NCBI RefSeq assembly: GCF_902459465.1
Contig: NC_047070.1
Span: 15,624,001-15,688,000, forward strand
Length of the DNA: 64,000 nt
Direction of reading: 5' to 3'
Origin: Asterias rubens
Lineage: Eukaryota
Shown one piece after another: positions 38,426-50,780 of the stretch. The position numbers and the translations under genes are program-made. Numbering within the stretch: position 1 is the stretch's first letter; the number at the start of each line of letters is the position of its first letter. The notes beneath the pieces are model-generated. The model searched no databases. It was not told the origin of the DNA and saw only the letters and a list, made by a program, of their open reading frames with translations.

Positions 38426-38473
38426 CGTCTTCGAACGCGATTGATAGATCAACTACAGATGATGTCCGGAGTC
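38426..38473 (-). other. CRZP: 5'UTR part of the first coding exon (implies an upstream non-coding exon)
   Basis: Strong acceptor TTTTCTCTCTTTCCTTCTTATAG ends at 38474; no ATG before the start codon. Confidence 0.8.
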
Positions 38474-40294
38474 CTATAAGAAGGAAAGAGAGAAAACCGA
38501 GAATTATCTTTTAAGTCGGTCGTGTCAGTGAGGATGCAAGGAGAGCGAACGACATGTGACTAATGAACACGAGATTTGATTTGTTCTTTTCTTATCAGAT
38601 CCAAGCTCACCTCAAGTGTGCGTCACAATGTTTAGTTCACTCGCCCACCAACCAAAATCAACTAGCAGAAATGCCACCAAAGGGCTGGTGTTTGATTCGC
38701 CGTCAACGAGGTCACTTAAAGACTTAATGTCAGCATTAGACCACGTGACAGTGGTGCTAAGCAACGTCAAATCGTACAAATCAATCAATTACTTCAAATT
38801 ACTATACAGAGCATGCACCTGTACGTATGTATCTGTACCGTACATTGGGCAAACCACGTTGACTCTTTTACCAATGCAATTTTGTATAAGAATAAAATAA
38901 AATAATATACTCTTGAGTATAAATACGATATATGTTTTCAATGCGTTTTCAAAGCATGTATGAAAGGAACATGTACGGTGGGAAGCCGGACTTATAAGAC
39001 AAAACACGTACAAGTCTCAAGGGAACCCGATATTTCCATTTCAAATAACTACTTGTGTCGAATGTTTCTCTAGTAATTATAATCACAAACCTTCTTAAGT
39101 GACGAGGCCTCAAGTCAAAATCCGTCCAAACAAACTAAGAAGTATCGTATGATTTCAAGGGCTATAAGAATAACAGTGGTTCTTGAATAGAGTTGCTTTT
39201 AACAATAAATATCTTGTAAGACTGGATCGAGGTGTTGATTTTAACATCTGAAACTTTTCAGTTTATCAACAAATATTTGAAATAGGCACCAGCCGCAGCG
39301 AACATTGTACTATCAGAGCCCATTGTGCAGCCAAAACCGCAAACCTATAACTTGCATATCAGTATGCAATGGAAGTTGCTTGAAAAATAAAAGTGGTATC
39401 TCACATATCCAGCAAGAAACCACATTTTAAAATGTGGATCTTACAGGGGATTGTTTGTCCGCGGAGTGATATTTGGATAATCAGCCCACTTCGTATAGTT
39501 CTCAGCATCGTGAATAGGCCCATATATATGTATATTATGTATACAAAGGGAATAACACTTTACAGCGAGCTGGTGGGTTTAGTGCAAACAGAAGTGTGGC
39601 TCAAGCGACGTTATAAAAACTCCCTTCTTAAAACCCACACCCCTCAACAAAATAAACAGTAGACAATCTCGAGACACAATTCCAGATGGGAATACAAATG
39701 CCTCTGTCTCTTTAGGGACCACCGTTCCCCACCCCCAGCACACCCCCTTATCGACTCTGAGAAGCTGCGCTTTGGCATGTATCCACGAGCAAAGAAAATA
39801 AGTAAATAATTTACTTTTAAGAGTTGACGTCGCATGCAATGACTATCTGCGTTTGTCACGTGACGAATCATCTATCACTTACTGGCAAATATGTTTGCAT
39901 AATACGCATTTATGACTCGAAAAATTTCCCACGACTTTCACGTTATTTTGTACTGGCATATTTGACATCAAGAAGATTTAATTAACAAACGTTTTTGCGG
40001 GAGTAGTGAGGTGTTTTTTTGTTCGTGTATATCTTCACGCAAGACCGTTTTACTGACAAATCATTTTGCAAATCGGACCGCCGGCCGTCCCTGACGCCAT
40101 ATAACCTCTCGACAACCCTTCACGCCATGTCTTACCAAAATTACCTAAGAGTGAGAGAAAGATAATTGATCAAATTTTATCCAGCACTTTTAGGAGCTTT
40201 TAAGTATGTATTTCATGGCTGACTAGGCCCATTTTCTTACTTATCTCCCGTTGGGGTTTACACGTCGTCTTGAAACACAATTTGGTGCAATTTA

Positions 40295-40309
40295 ACCACG
40301 GACAGCGCC
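40295..40309 (+). promoter_or_regulatory. RE1/NRSE-like element (right-hand 15 nt)
   Basis: ACCACGGACAGCGCC equals the last 15 nt of the canonical TTCAGCACCACGGACAGCGCC; the left 6 nt do not match. Confidence 0.35.
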
Positions 40310-40702
40310 CGAGCCTTCCCAAGTATGTAAATAAAGCTTAGCACGCACATTTTTGCTTCTGAGTGGTTAATATGTGTATGTTTAAGAATCATCTAGACTG
40401 CCGTGAGCATCACGTAGGATTTATTTCAAGAAATGTTTGGTTGAGGCGATGTTGAGACGATGTTTGCTTCATGCGATCATCGAAGTTTAGAAGACACTAA
40501 CAAGATAACGTTACAATTTACTTGGTTTACCACGGCAATGCACCATTAATCCCAGCACGTTCAACATCAAATATCCATTGCTGTAATAAGCCCAAGTTGA
40601 GAACAGGAGAAGAAGAAGAAACTGAAGTAGAAGAGAATCCTCCATTAACGCAAGGATACCCGATAGTTGTATCGTGAGTGGTGCTAGGATCCGAGAGACT
40701 CG

Positions 40703-40710
40703 TGACGTCA
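40703..40710. promoter_or_regulatory. Perfect CRE (TGACGTCA) inside a 12-bp palindrome, intron 1
   Basis: CGTGACGTCACG at 40701-40712. Confidence 0.45.
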
Positions 40711-40993
40711 CGTAAGAGTCAAAGGTTTATATCAGTCGCAAAGCTTCTGCTGCCTGATATGGCAGAAGTTTAAACTCTGGCTTTGTATTCGGTGAACGAT
40801 TTTAAATAAATGCGAAGAAATCATGAGTAACTGTGCAGATTTCTTTCTAGCATTTCAAAAAGGAAGATCAATGATTGGAACAATCAGGCACAGATAAAGT
40901 CACAGAAGGTAACTTCCATTATTAAGTGATATTTGCGTTAGCAAAATGTGTAAATCTCTTTTGAGTAGGGTTCTGAAAAGAACCGATGGTTGA

Positions 40994-41036
40994 CAACTCA
41001 AAGTTTCGATCAGTACCCTCTGATCGTCTTTAGGGG
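40994..41036 (-). mobile_element. Penelope-like hammerhead-like motif (type 1), intron 1, sense orientation
   Basis: CTAAAGA C GATCAG AGGGTA CTGATC GAAAC TTT GAGTTG: perfect 6-bp stem followed by GAAAC. Confidence 0.5.
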
Positions 41037-43130
41037 ATAACTTAGGTCTTTCAATTGATAACTTCCCACGTCATACTTTTGATAATGACTTCCACAAACC
41101 CCTCAATTTTAATCTAATTTCCAATTTTCTGGTTTAGGCCTACATGAAATTAATGTTGAAGACAACTCTTGCAGGGCCCTGTTAAACACTGAGAGAATAC
41201 TTACAAGCATTATATTACTCACTAATCAAATGAAAGCTTTTTGCTGAATGAAGCCACGGGACACTCCTTAGCAACTCAATGAAAGCTGGTCCTCATCCAG
41301 GCCAGGGGGATATGGATACCTTTTAATAACAGCCCTGGTTTCTTTACGCCTTTTCTTCCCCCCTGCTCAAATATTTTACATCAGTACAATGATTCGTTTT
41401 CTCTCGCCTTTTGGAAAAAGTGCACAGGGTTCTCGTTGTTCAAGTGCAGTTCTGTACAGAGGCAAATTGTTGCTTACGATTCCGAGCTGCTTTGATTGTA
41501 AGTGGACCCTATTGGCGTAAGGCTACCTGATCTGGTGCATGACTACAGGACACGTTACGTGTACGTCCATGGGGGTAGATGGTACACTATACACTCCTTC
41601 ACTCCTGTGTATTGGGCTGGATTGATACCCGGTATCATAAAAACGTCCAAGTGTTGCATCGATATTGTCAAGTTATAATGACTAAAAACTATCTGTAGAA
41701 GCTGCTATAGATTGAACTCAAGTAACCAGCCATCAAGTGTTATAAGAGTTGAAAATAGGGAGGCAGGGGACCATCAGCGAGTCGTTCTAGGGGCTTCATG
41801 CGAGGAGAAAGAGAGAGGGGGAAAAAAAGACGAGGGCAACTCGAGTTCGGTGGACAAAAGAACTGGGAAAAAAGCATCTAGGGTAGCTTGCATTAGCTGG
41901 CTGGATTGGCAAACAGCCCTTAGAAACATGTTTGCTCCTCTCTAAATCAACCATGGTGCTTGCTCACAAAACCACTCATGACTCAAGAAGTTAACAAAAA
42001 GTGTACTCTCGCCCAAGTGACTGGAATCTTATAGACATAATTATTACTGACTGTCCATTGTATACAAATTATCGAATCAATATTACCTATAGTAATATAG
42101 ACTTCTACTACATGTAGCTTTGTCTTGATTATTAATATTTTTCGGAAGCTAATATTCCCATAGTCGGTGAATGCACAAATACTGTGAAAAATGCCATCTT
42201 TTTGTTACCCCTTTATCGGTGGGGAATCTCACGTAAGAGAAAGAACCAATTCAGTGAACAATTAACACCAATGTGTCTTTCACTTTGAAACATAATTTCA
42301 AAGTCCCATAAAGTCCAATATAGAGCTTAGTTCAACCATACACCATAAAAGCAGTCAAACACTAGTTCACTTTTCCTGAGCTTAAAATACTAAAACTTGT
42401 TTTGATTTGTTTGTCTCTAAAGTTTTTATAGGGCTGGCATGTCTATAATGACGAGGCGTTTTACTTTCGTCCTGATTAGGATAAATTAATTGAAACATGC
42501 ATGTTATTCTCCGAGATTAGAAAATGGATATAAACTATGGAATTTTTCCTGGAAATGAAATTATATACAAAATAAAAACGAACTCTTACCTAATTTGGAG
42601 TAATTTACATTATTTGAATATTTTCATTAGTTAGACATTACAATGAGGCAAAAGTCAAAACACGGTCGTCATCATAAAGGTACTGAGTACACACGACAAG
42701 ATGATTTGCTGATTGAACTATTACGAATTGTTTGAACGAGTAAAATATCTTGCTTTATTACATCTAGTCTCAAATGAGAACTTATTAATTATTCCATATT
42801 TTTACACAGAATGATCGTCGCCAGGATGAACAAACAGGAGTGAATGCTAAGTGGTAAGTGCACAAATCGTATTAATAGTTGTTTTGCATAAACAACCATT
42901 CGTGTTCCATGTCCCTTGAGAGATCCACGAATTGGTTAATGGATTTTATTCTTCGAAATAATACAATTTCATTCTATTTTTTTTTCCCCCATCTTGATTA
43001 CCCAACACCTGCTTGCGATCGTAAAAAAAAATAATAATAATTCGGTATGTAAAAATAAAGTAAATTATGATAAAAGAAAATTGCTTACCAACCCGAAGAG
43101 ACCTATGGTATAAACACAACAAATAGTTAA

Positions 43131-43173
43131 TAGCTTGACGTTCCGACCATAGCGGAGTCTTTCTCGAAGGCTA
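43131..43173 (-). mobile_element. Penelope-like hammerhead-like motif (type 2), intron 1, sense orientation
   Basis: TAGCCT TCGAGAAA GACTCCGCTATGGTC GGAAC GTC AAGCTA; homologous to the 16453 copy. Confidence 0.5.
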
Positions 43174-43225
43174 AACTAAGTTAAACGAGAAACTGTTTTT
43201 AAAGAAAATTAAGGGAGTTACTTAC

Positions 43226-43308
43226 CGGCAGCAAATAGTACCTAGCTTGAGTAGTAAATGAAACGATCCCTTCACTTTGCACAACGTCACGGAGCATTTA
43301 TATACGAA
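43226..43308 (-). other. CRZP: Candidate non-coding upstream exon of the corazonin gene (5' boundary uncertain)
   Basis: Consensus donor CCG|GTAAGT at 43225. The 5' end could be a TSS near 43275 (TATATAAA at 43304-43297), a TSS near 43435, or an acceptor-like TTCTTTCTCCTAG ending at 43309. A second donor-like site lies at 43088. Confidence 0.5.
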
Positions 43309-43530
43309 CTAGGAGAAAGAATGTAAACTGAACATGACGTGGGAGAAATATTACAGTCAGTAATCCAGTCAAACCAAGTATCCGGACTCGCTCTCTATTC
43401 ACGGCTTCTCAAAGTGAAGAAAGAAAAAGACAGACAACCACCCCGCCAGCCAGATTTATATAAAAGATATGAATATTAATGAGGGACTAACTGTTTCCCT
43501 AGCCGACCAATCAGAGCTGTTTGTCGTGTT
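43270..43530 (-). promoter_or_regulatory. Probable corazonin promoter region: two TATA-like boxes, CCAAT box, POU-type motif, CRE half-sites
   Basis: TATATAAA at about 43304 and 43463 (minus strand); CCAAT at about 43507; ATGAATATTAATGAG at 43469-43483; TGACGT at 43284-43289 and 43335-43340. All lie just upstream of the 43225 donor. Confidence 0.55.
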
Positions 43531-44022
43531 GTAGTTCCCCGTGACCGTTGGGTCGTGCGTGGTGGAGCTGAATTATGTCCAATAAAACAACCGTATCCAA
43601 TGTATGAATATGTTGGATACTCTATGCAATCCAATGTGAATGACTATAGCACTACAAGCCATTTGTTTCCTCTTTTTATTTTTTATGAAGCTGTCATAAC
43701 GAAAGTGATTAGACAACAAATTCAAAACAAGATGATAGATTTGCCCCTACTATAGTCTCGAATATAAAATCAATAATTCAGTTGTGTTTAGGTGATCAAA
43801 TACACTACTTCCATGTTCTTTTGGGGGTTATTCGTAAGATACATGAGTTTGTTCAAACTCAAACAAAAACATTTTTAAACGTCTTAAGGTAAAATGTTTC
43901 ATTTTACGTTACAAGACATATAAATAATGTTTTCCTTTATTATCATCGTATCGATGGGTTATAGTCAAACTGATTTGACTTACACTGTTCTTTCTAATCA
44001 GAAAAAACTCTGCTGACAATGT

Positions 44023-44039
44023 TGACGTCACGATGACGT
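44023..44039. promoter_or_regulatory. Perfect CRE plus adjacent half-site upstream of the putative promoter
   Basis: TGACGTCA at 44023-44030 and TGACGT at 44034-44039. Confidence 0.45.
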
Positions 44040-44529
44040 AGTCGCTTCGGTTTTAAATTCAATGTAAAGCCGAAGTTCGTTATAAAATATCAAGTTTCTG
44101 TTTGCCTTTTTTGGTGATATATCACGAGAGTGTGCTTTGGATTCCTCTTTAACGACTTGACAATACTGCTGCAATGTCTTGAGCTTCTGAACTTGGCGCC
44201 TGATGTAAAAGCTTAATTCTCCCTTTGTTAGAGTCAACAAATTGTTGTTTATTTTTTTATTATACCAGCAAACTTGAACAATTTAATAACATGTACACGT
44301 TTGAACGAACGTGTAGGTAGGACCTTCGACTGTTCTTCGATTCGAATATAATTTCATTGAAAAATTCTTCGAACCAGTCTAGTGAAACGTTAATGAAATA
44401 TTATGTTTTCTTTGTTAAATAGAGAGGACTATTGTTAGCGGCCTTTTTCCGCTGAAAATAACATAATGTTCGTCGCCAAAAAACATGTCAAGGATAATCC
44501 ACAAGGGAAACTGGTTTGAACAGAGACAA

Positions 44530-44650
44530 GTTAACTGGGGTGGGACTTGGCCCAACGACCTCCGGATTAACGTACCAGCGCTCTATCAACTGTAGGGGAA
44601 ACGTAGGTCGTTGGTTTGAGTCCAACTCCAGTCAAATTTTCGTTGTTCAA
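44530..44650. mobile_element. Two tRNA-derived SINE fragments in divergent inverted orientation
   Basis: Minus strand reads AGTTGATAGAGCGCTGG...AGGTCGTTGGGCCAAGTCCCACCCCAG; plus strand reads AGGTCGTTGGTTTGAGTCCAACTCCAG. Confidence 0.55.
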
Positions 44651-45671
44651 TCGCAAAGTACAAATTTAAAAAAAAATTGATGAAATACAGTATACCATAA
44701 ATTAAGCACATGAGCCAATTCCGAAAGCACGATAACTAACGAATTTTTAATCATTAAGATACAGTTCCGTCTACAGACTGTAGTAAATCCCTGCATAAAT
44801 ACAGCATCTGCGTATCCAACCAATGGTATATCATACCAAGATGTATTTTACCTCATCTTTCATAATTTAATTTTTAAATCATTCTGGAGTTATGAAATAT
44901 TGTTTTATTCCGCGACTTACTTCCGTAAACGATATAGCCTCATGCATAAGAACAAACACTACAAATTATTGAAAATTCATACAGCTACATTAAACATTTC
45001 AAATTGCTGCCCCCAAATTATTCTTTGGCTGCTGTTGTTTTCATGAAGTGAGCTGAGATGGAAGTTGTCGGGGTTTGGAGGGAAAAGGGGTTATAAGTTT
45101 TCGGTTAGAGCTCTATATTGATCCCCTCAACGTATATATATATATATTTTTTTTTTTGGAGAGCCCCCTGATTTCTCTGTCGTGGTTTTATTGTACAATT
45201 TATAGGATGATACTTTGTGACAAATAGTTTCAATTGTTCTTAGCATAGAACAAATACCAGACAGTTAGCGGTGTCGTAGTGTTACATGAGTTTGTATGTA
45301 GAGGCACTTCTCTCTACGCTACTTCTACATGCTCATTAATAACGAAAACAAAAGGGTTTTTAAATTTGTATACCGGAATGCTCATTTTTAAAGGGCCTTG
45401 GGTGACCACTAAGTACAGCTGCATAATTTGACATCCCGGCATAAAATGACATATTTAATGAAATAGAAAGACAAATTAGTTTGTTGTATAGATACATGTG
45501 GAGAAATTCTTCTTGGGCATATAGTGTTATACTTATAATATGGAAGTTCTTCTTATTTACAATGATCTATCATCAATACGAATTTGTTCGCGACTTTAAT
45601 TCATTGCATTTCTCTAGGTCGGTTAATTCATTTTAAGTTAATGTGACTCCATTCAGTCAGAAACACATCCT

Positions 45672-45715
45672 TTGATCGTCAATATACTGACGATCAATAA
45701 TATACTGACGATCAA
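45672..45715. repeat. Inverted-plus-direct micro-triplication
   Basis: TTGATCGTCA (45672), TGACGATCAA (45688), TGACGATCAA (45706). Confidence 0.85.
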
Positions 45716-47125
45716 ATAGCCATGCCGATGTTTTTATTGGATATGTTGACCTAAATGGACTTTTCATCTCAGTGCGTATGATATGTATACAACAATCAAA
45801 TATTCTAATATTCCCCCATCTCAATGACACCACCGTGACTGAGATAACATCGGCCTGAAGTCAGTATTTTAATGTCTTTCGAGTTATGACAGCTTTGTTA
45901 GCTCTGGCTTTTTTTTTTTATTGGATACCACAATTTTTGATTGATTCCTGGCAGGTTTTAGACCTATGACACAAAGTGCGGTATGATTAGTTTGTTGATG
46001 TCAAGTTATGCCAGAAATAATTATCACTGTTCCATTTCCGCTGGTTGATCTTATTGTGAATAACAGATTCGGGTAGTATTTCTATTAATTTACAAATTAG
46101 GAAGAAGAAGACAAAAGTCAATTTCAATTTCATACCAAATCGGTTACTTTTTGACTGGATGATTCCAGAGGAACGTTGCTCACCAACAATGCCCAACGTA
46201 TCATGCACTCATTAAACTGTCAGTCGGATCACTTACCCCGAGCGCACAGTCTGCATGGTTGGTGCTCGTATCAAATAACTGCACCATCCGCAAGTAAGAA
46301 GAAATATGAGAATCACATCTTCGATGGCTCCTTTGTGCCTCTCAAAGACCAGAACAATACGAAGAGTTCCCACCCCTTTAACCCTTTCAATATCTATGAA
46401 CATGCTCTAGGCAGAAATTGAGAAATCAACTAGTTAAAAAGTATTAAGCCACAAATAGACACCCTTTGTAGATAAAGATGTAATAAACACAAGTTAGGCG
46501 TAATTTCCACAAATGCCGTGGTTATATTTTCAAGCAATGACCAGGTGTTACCTTTTTAATGTGATACAAACCTTTAATAAAATGTCAAAGAGTTACGAAC
46601 ACGAATGTAAATTGCTTGGTGGTTTCGAACTCAAGATGTTGGCATTTCCTTCTAGACAGCACACAGTGCAAATGTTTCATGAGTTCAAGACCTTAATACA
46701 CCCCTGCAAGAAGGATTCTGTTCAGGGCCTTTAACTTTGTAAAATCTTAAGTATGTAAAAGGTTATTCTTAAGTGAACTACAAATGCTTCAAATACGATT
46801 GTGATGTGATAATTAAGTTGATCTTTTTAAGATAATGGCTATCACCTCCAGAAAGAACACCTTTAGAAGAATGAATTTAAAATGTTTTAGCATTTAAATT
46901 CTTTATAATTCTGACCTGCCTTAGACTACTTTCTTGACTTAACTGTTTTCTGGGATTTGTGATCAAATCTAAAGAGTCTGGAAAAGTAAAGCATCATAAT
47001 AAGAGGCATGTTTTTCTAAATATTTCTTAGCCAAACAAGTGTAATATATTGTTATAAGTCACTTCACTTCTTGCTAAACAAGCATTTAACACGAACGTTA
47101 TGTAAGTATTCACGGGTCGCCTTAA

Positions 47126-47284
47126 GGGCAATGGACACTATTGGTAATTACTCAAAATATTTATTAGCATAAAACCTTTCTTAGTGACAAGTAATGGGGA
47201 GAGGTTGATGGTATTAAACATTGTGAGAAGCGGCTCCCTCTGAAGTGCTATAGTTTTTGAGAAAGAAGTAATTTCCACGAATTT
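47126..47284 (+). mobile_element. MITE family A, truncated copy (left part only)
   Basis: TTAA|GGGCAATGGACACTATTGGTAATT; near-identical to the 35612 copy until it breaks off at about 47284. Confidence 0.85.
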
Positions 47285-48280
47285 AAAAAAAGAAGTAACC
47301 CATCTCGATATTATCATATCCTGCCATTCTAAGCAACGGTTTGGAGAAAAAGTCTTGCTACAACATATCTAGGTCTTGCATCCCTAGATATCTAAGAAAA
47401 TTGCTGTCGACGCAAATCTGTCATTTAATCAGTAAAGTACACCATTTGGTGCAGTCCCTCTGAAGCCCACGGGTTTCCTCCCAGCTCTACTCGGTATATA
47501 AGAAGAGAGCCTTGAAACACCGGCTAGGGCTGGTATCTCATAGTCGCTCGGGGACCCGGCTCATTGCTTCGATCTCGGGGGCGGTACTCGATTGAGATCC
47601 TCGTCATCGAATCATCATCCGTATACCTACCCAGGTGTGAAATCAGTCACTACAAATCATGGTTCATCAACAGACAGTCTGGTCAGGGATGTGTGAGAAT
47701 ACGAGGCGGGTTGCTCGACCATCCATGTCCTCTCTTCGTGTTTCGGACATCATTGATGGCTACACTGAGCCACTGAGCTTAAGGTAGTTTGTCAATAATT
47801 GAGCTTTGACATTGTGGTTCATCTATTATTTACAAACTACAGTGATGGGGGATATCTAGTCATGTGAAACAATGTGTAGCTGCTATGAACATGACTGAAA
47901 CTGCTAATCGAGAAAACAAATGTAGTACTCTGGGTAATATTGCCACATGTGTCTTAAGTTTCTTATATTACATGTCGGATATTGTTTTCATTTATTGTAC
48001 AAATTTCCAGCTACTCCCTTTGAAATGTTCCAAAAATGAAGTACAAGTTGAAAAGGGGTTATTCATCCAGCCCCTCTTTTCAGTCATGTGACTAAATCTA
48101 ACACTGAAATTCCAATCAAAATACTTATGTTCATCAATTTGCTGTTGTCGCTTTTAGTTAACTTGCAACTGTATATAATCCCGAATAAAGAATTTGAAAT
48201 GTTAATATAAGAAAACAAAGCCCAAATAATCCCAAATAAAAAAAATCGACATGTTATACGAAGACACAGTCAGGATTTAA

Positions 48281-48659
48281 AGGCAGTGGACACTATTGGT
48301 AATTACTCAAAATAAATATTAGCATAAAACCTTACTTGGTTACGAGAAATGGGGAGAGGTTGGTAGTATAAAACATTGTGAGAAACGGCTCCCTCTAAAG
48401 TGGAGTAGTTTTCGAGAAAGAAGTAATTTTCCACGAATTTGATTTCGAGACCTCAGATTTAGAACTTGAGGTCTCGAAATCAACCATCTAAACGCAAACA
48501 ACTTTGTGTGACAAGGGTGTTTTTTTCTTTCATTATTATCTCGCAACTTCGATGACCGATTGAGCTCAAATTTGCACAGGTTTGTTATTTTATGTACATG
48601 ATGAGATACATCAAGTGAGAAGACCGGTCTTTGACAATTACCAATAGTGTCCAGTGTCT
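48281..48659 (+). mobile_element. MITE family A, full 379-bp copy
   Basis: TTAA at 48277-48280 and 48660-48663; intact TIRs; perfect 17-bp internal hairpin at 48439-48483. Confidence 0.9.
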
Positions 48660-49204
48660 TTAAACAACCCAAGGAGCAGAAGACTCCATGGTATTGCTTA
48701 TTTTAATTATAAACTTCAAGCCACCCTAATACCAATGTCGCTCTCAAGGCCGTCCTTGCAGGTGTGTGATGAAATATTCAAACCATCGTTATTGATGTAG
48801 CCTATCACTACCCTGACCTATAAATGTCTAACCCCGGCAGTAATTTATGATGGCATTAAATCTGTCAACTTCAATCTTAGACACAACATTATGTTAATGT
48901 AACATTGATAGTGCACGGAAATATTACATTTATACAAGTAGTTTGTAAAAAATACCTTTGAAGTACACCTTAAAAAAAGTCTTGAACGAAAAATACTCTT
49001 CTAAGAAGCAACGTTAAATAATCTTTATACCAAAGAATGTCACTTACGTGACTACTTCAGCAGTTTGGAAGATTTGAATACTTACAACCTTTAGAGAACC
49101 TTTAAAGATCATCCCATAGCTCCATTGCAGTCTAACAACTCGTGTTAAGCGAACTGAAACAGTTTTGATCGGTAAATACTGTTTCAGAATAACAATTTCA
49201 CATT

Positions 49205-49410
49205 GGTTCAATTTCATAGAGCTGCTAATAAATTAAGCGCAAAACGACCAAAGCAGAACAGAAGGACGTGTTTCTTACAAGCTACCAGCCAAAATACCAA
49301 TTAAACTGAACAAATTGTGACTGGTATTCTAAATATGTCAGCTATAAGCAGAAAATAGATTGTTTCGAAATATTATTGGTGCTTATAACAATACAATTAC
49401 TCTATAATCT
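49205..49410. mobile_element. MITE family C, diverged copy
   Basis: CAATTTCATAGAGCTGCT matches the reverse complement of the 61372 end; shares TGTGACTGGTA-like internal motifs. Confidence 0.5.
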
Positions 49411-50634
49411 ACGAAACGAGTTTCTCGGAGACCAATCATTATAGGCAATTATTGATGTACGGAAACATCACTCATATCCAAAAGTCAAGCTTACCCATTA
49501 GATGAAAAACAAGGAAACTCACATAATTGCTATTTTAATAATTAATGCTCCCTGTCAAAAAGAAGATGGTTCTATATATTGATGACCTGGGGAACTTGAT
49601 AGCCGCAAGAGCTGTGCAACTGGCCGAAACGCATGTTTCTGTTTTGTTCTTGACAACTTTATAAGAGCCCAAGAAAGATAAAAATATAAAAGGAAACCAA
49701 TTAAAAAAATGATCGTATACGTCTTGAGTGTATTAAACAATTTTCAAGAATCTTGGTTCCTCTTGATATTGAGTTCACTTGTAAAACAAACAAACTCGTG
49801 CACTATTAACATTTTAAACTATATAAATTAAAGCAAGAGGCATTTACTCTGAATTAAACAATTTCAAAATCTCTATGCTACACAAATTAATAATATATAT
49901 ACATATATTTATAAACTTTATCAAAAATGTATGTTTGAAAATCTATAAACACGAAACTTAAAAGTGGCAGAGTTTAAAACACAAAAAAAATTATAAGTCC
50001 CCGCTGATGTTGTACTCATTATGAGTCTTAAACACAAAGTACATAAATTCAATTTCATCTGGAGTTGAAGAAATTACTACACCACTCATCAACCACTTAT
50101 GGAACTCAAGTGACAACTTCCTTTTTTGTTAAGTTTTGTTGGAACGAAGTTCTTGCTTTTATAACTAAACTTGTGTAGACGTTTTTTCGCCCGCTTTGAA
50201 CATTTAAGTAGTTTGTCATTTTAGTTTGTTCACCGGTTGCATATTGGCCTAGACTAGATATTCGACAAGTCAGACGGAAACTTAAGCAGATTCAAGAATG
50301 GTATATTTGTGTGTTGTCTGGAGCAAATCCAGAACATCTTCCGTTAGCAAGTGAGCCAGGTCATGTTAACAGTTTGTCTTCAAGTGACGTAAAACTGTCT
50401 TAAATGGGAGGCAGTCCTTGTTTTCTTTTCAGAGTTGTGTTATTGGACGACATGAGTCTTCAGGCACTGTGTAAATGTCATGAATCGTTTACAAATAGTA
50501 TAGCATTCTGTTAACACGTTGTTCTTGGTCATATTTATGGGTTGTTCGTTTCTTAGTATGGATAACATGTTTACAATTAAGGATATCCGTTTATAAGTAA
50601 GCTACCTTAATAACAGGAAAGGTGTGTGTTTTAA

Positions 50635-50780
50635 AGGCACTGAACGCTTGGTATTACTAAAAATAATTTTTAGCATAAAAACTTACTTGGTAATGAGCAA
50701 TGGAGAGTTGTTGATAGTACAAATATTGTGAGAAACGGCTCCCTCTGAAGTAACATAGCTTTTAAGAATGAGGCAATTTG
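50635..50780 (+). mobile_element. MITE family A, truncated older copy
   Basis: TTAA|AGGCACTG start; core GAGAAACGGCTCCCTCTGAAG; ends beside a G-tract. Confidence 0.75.

Noticed and set aside
38426-38452. N-terminal extension MIYQSRSKT in the ORF track
   Set aside because: It starts at TTG; the ATG at 38425 gives a canonical signal peptide.
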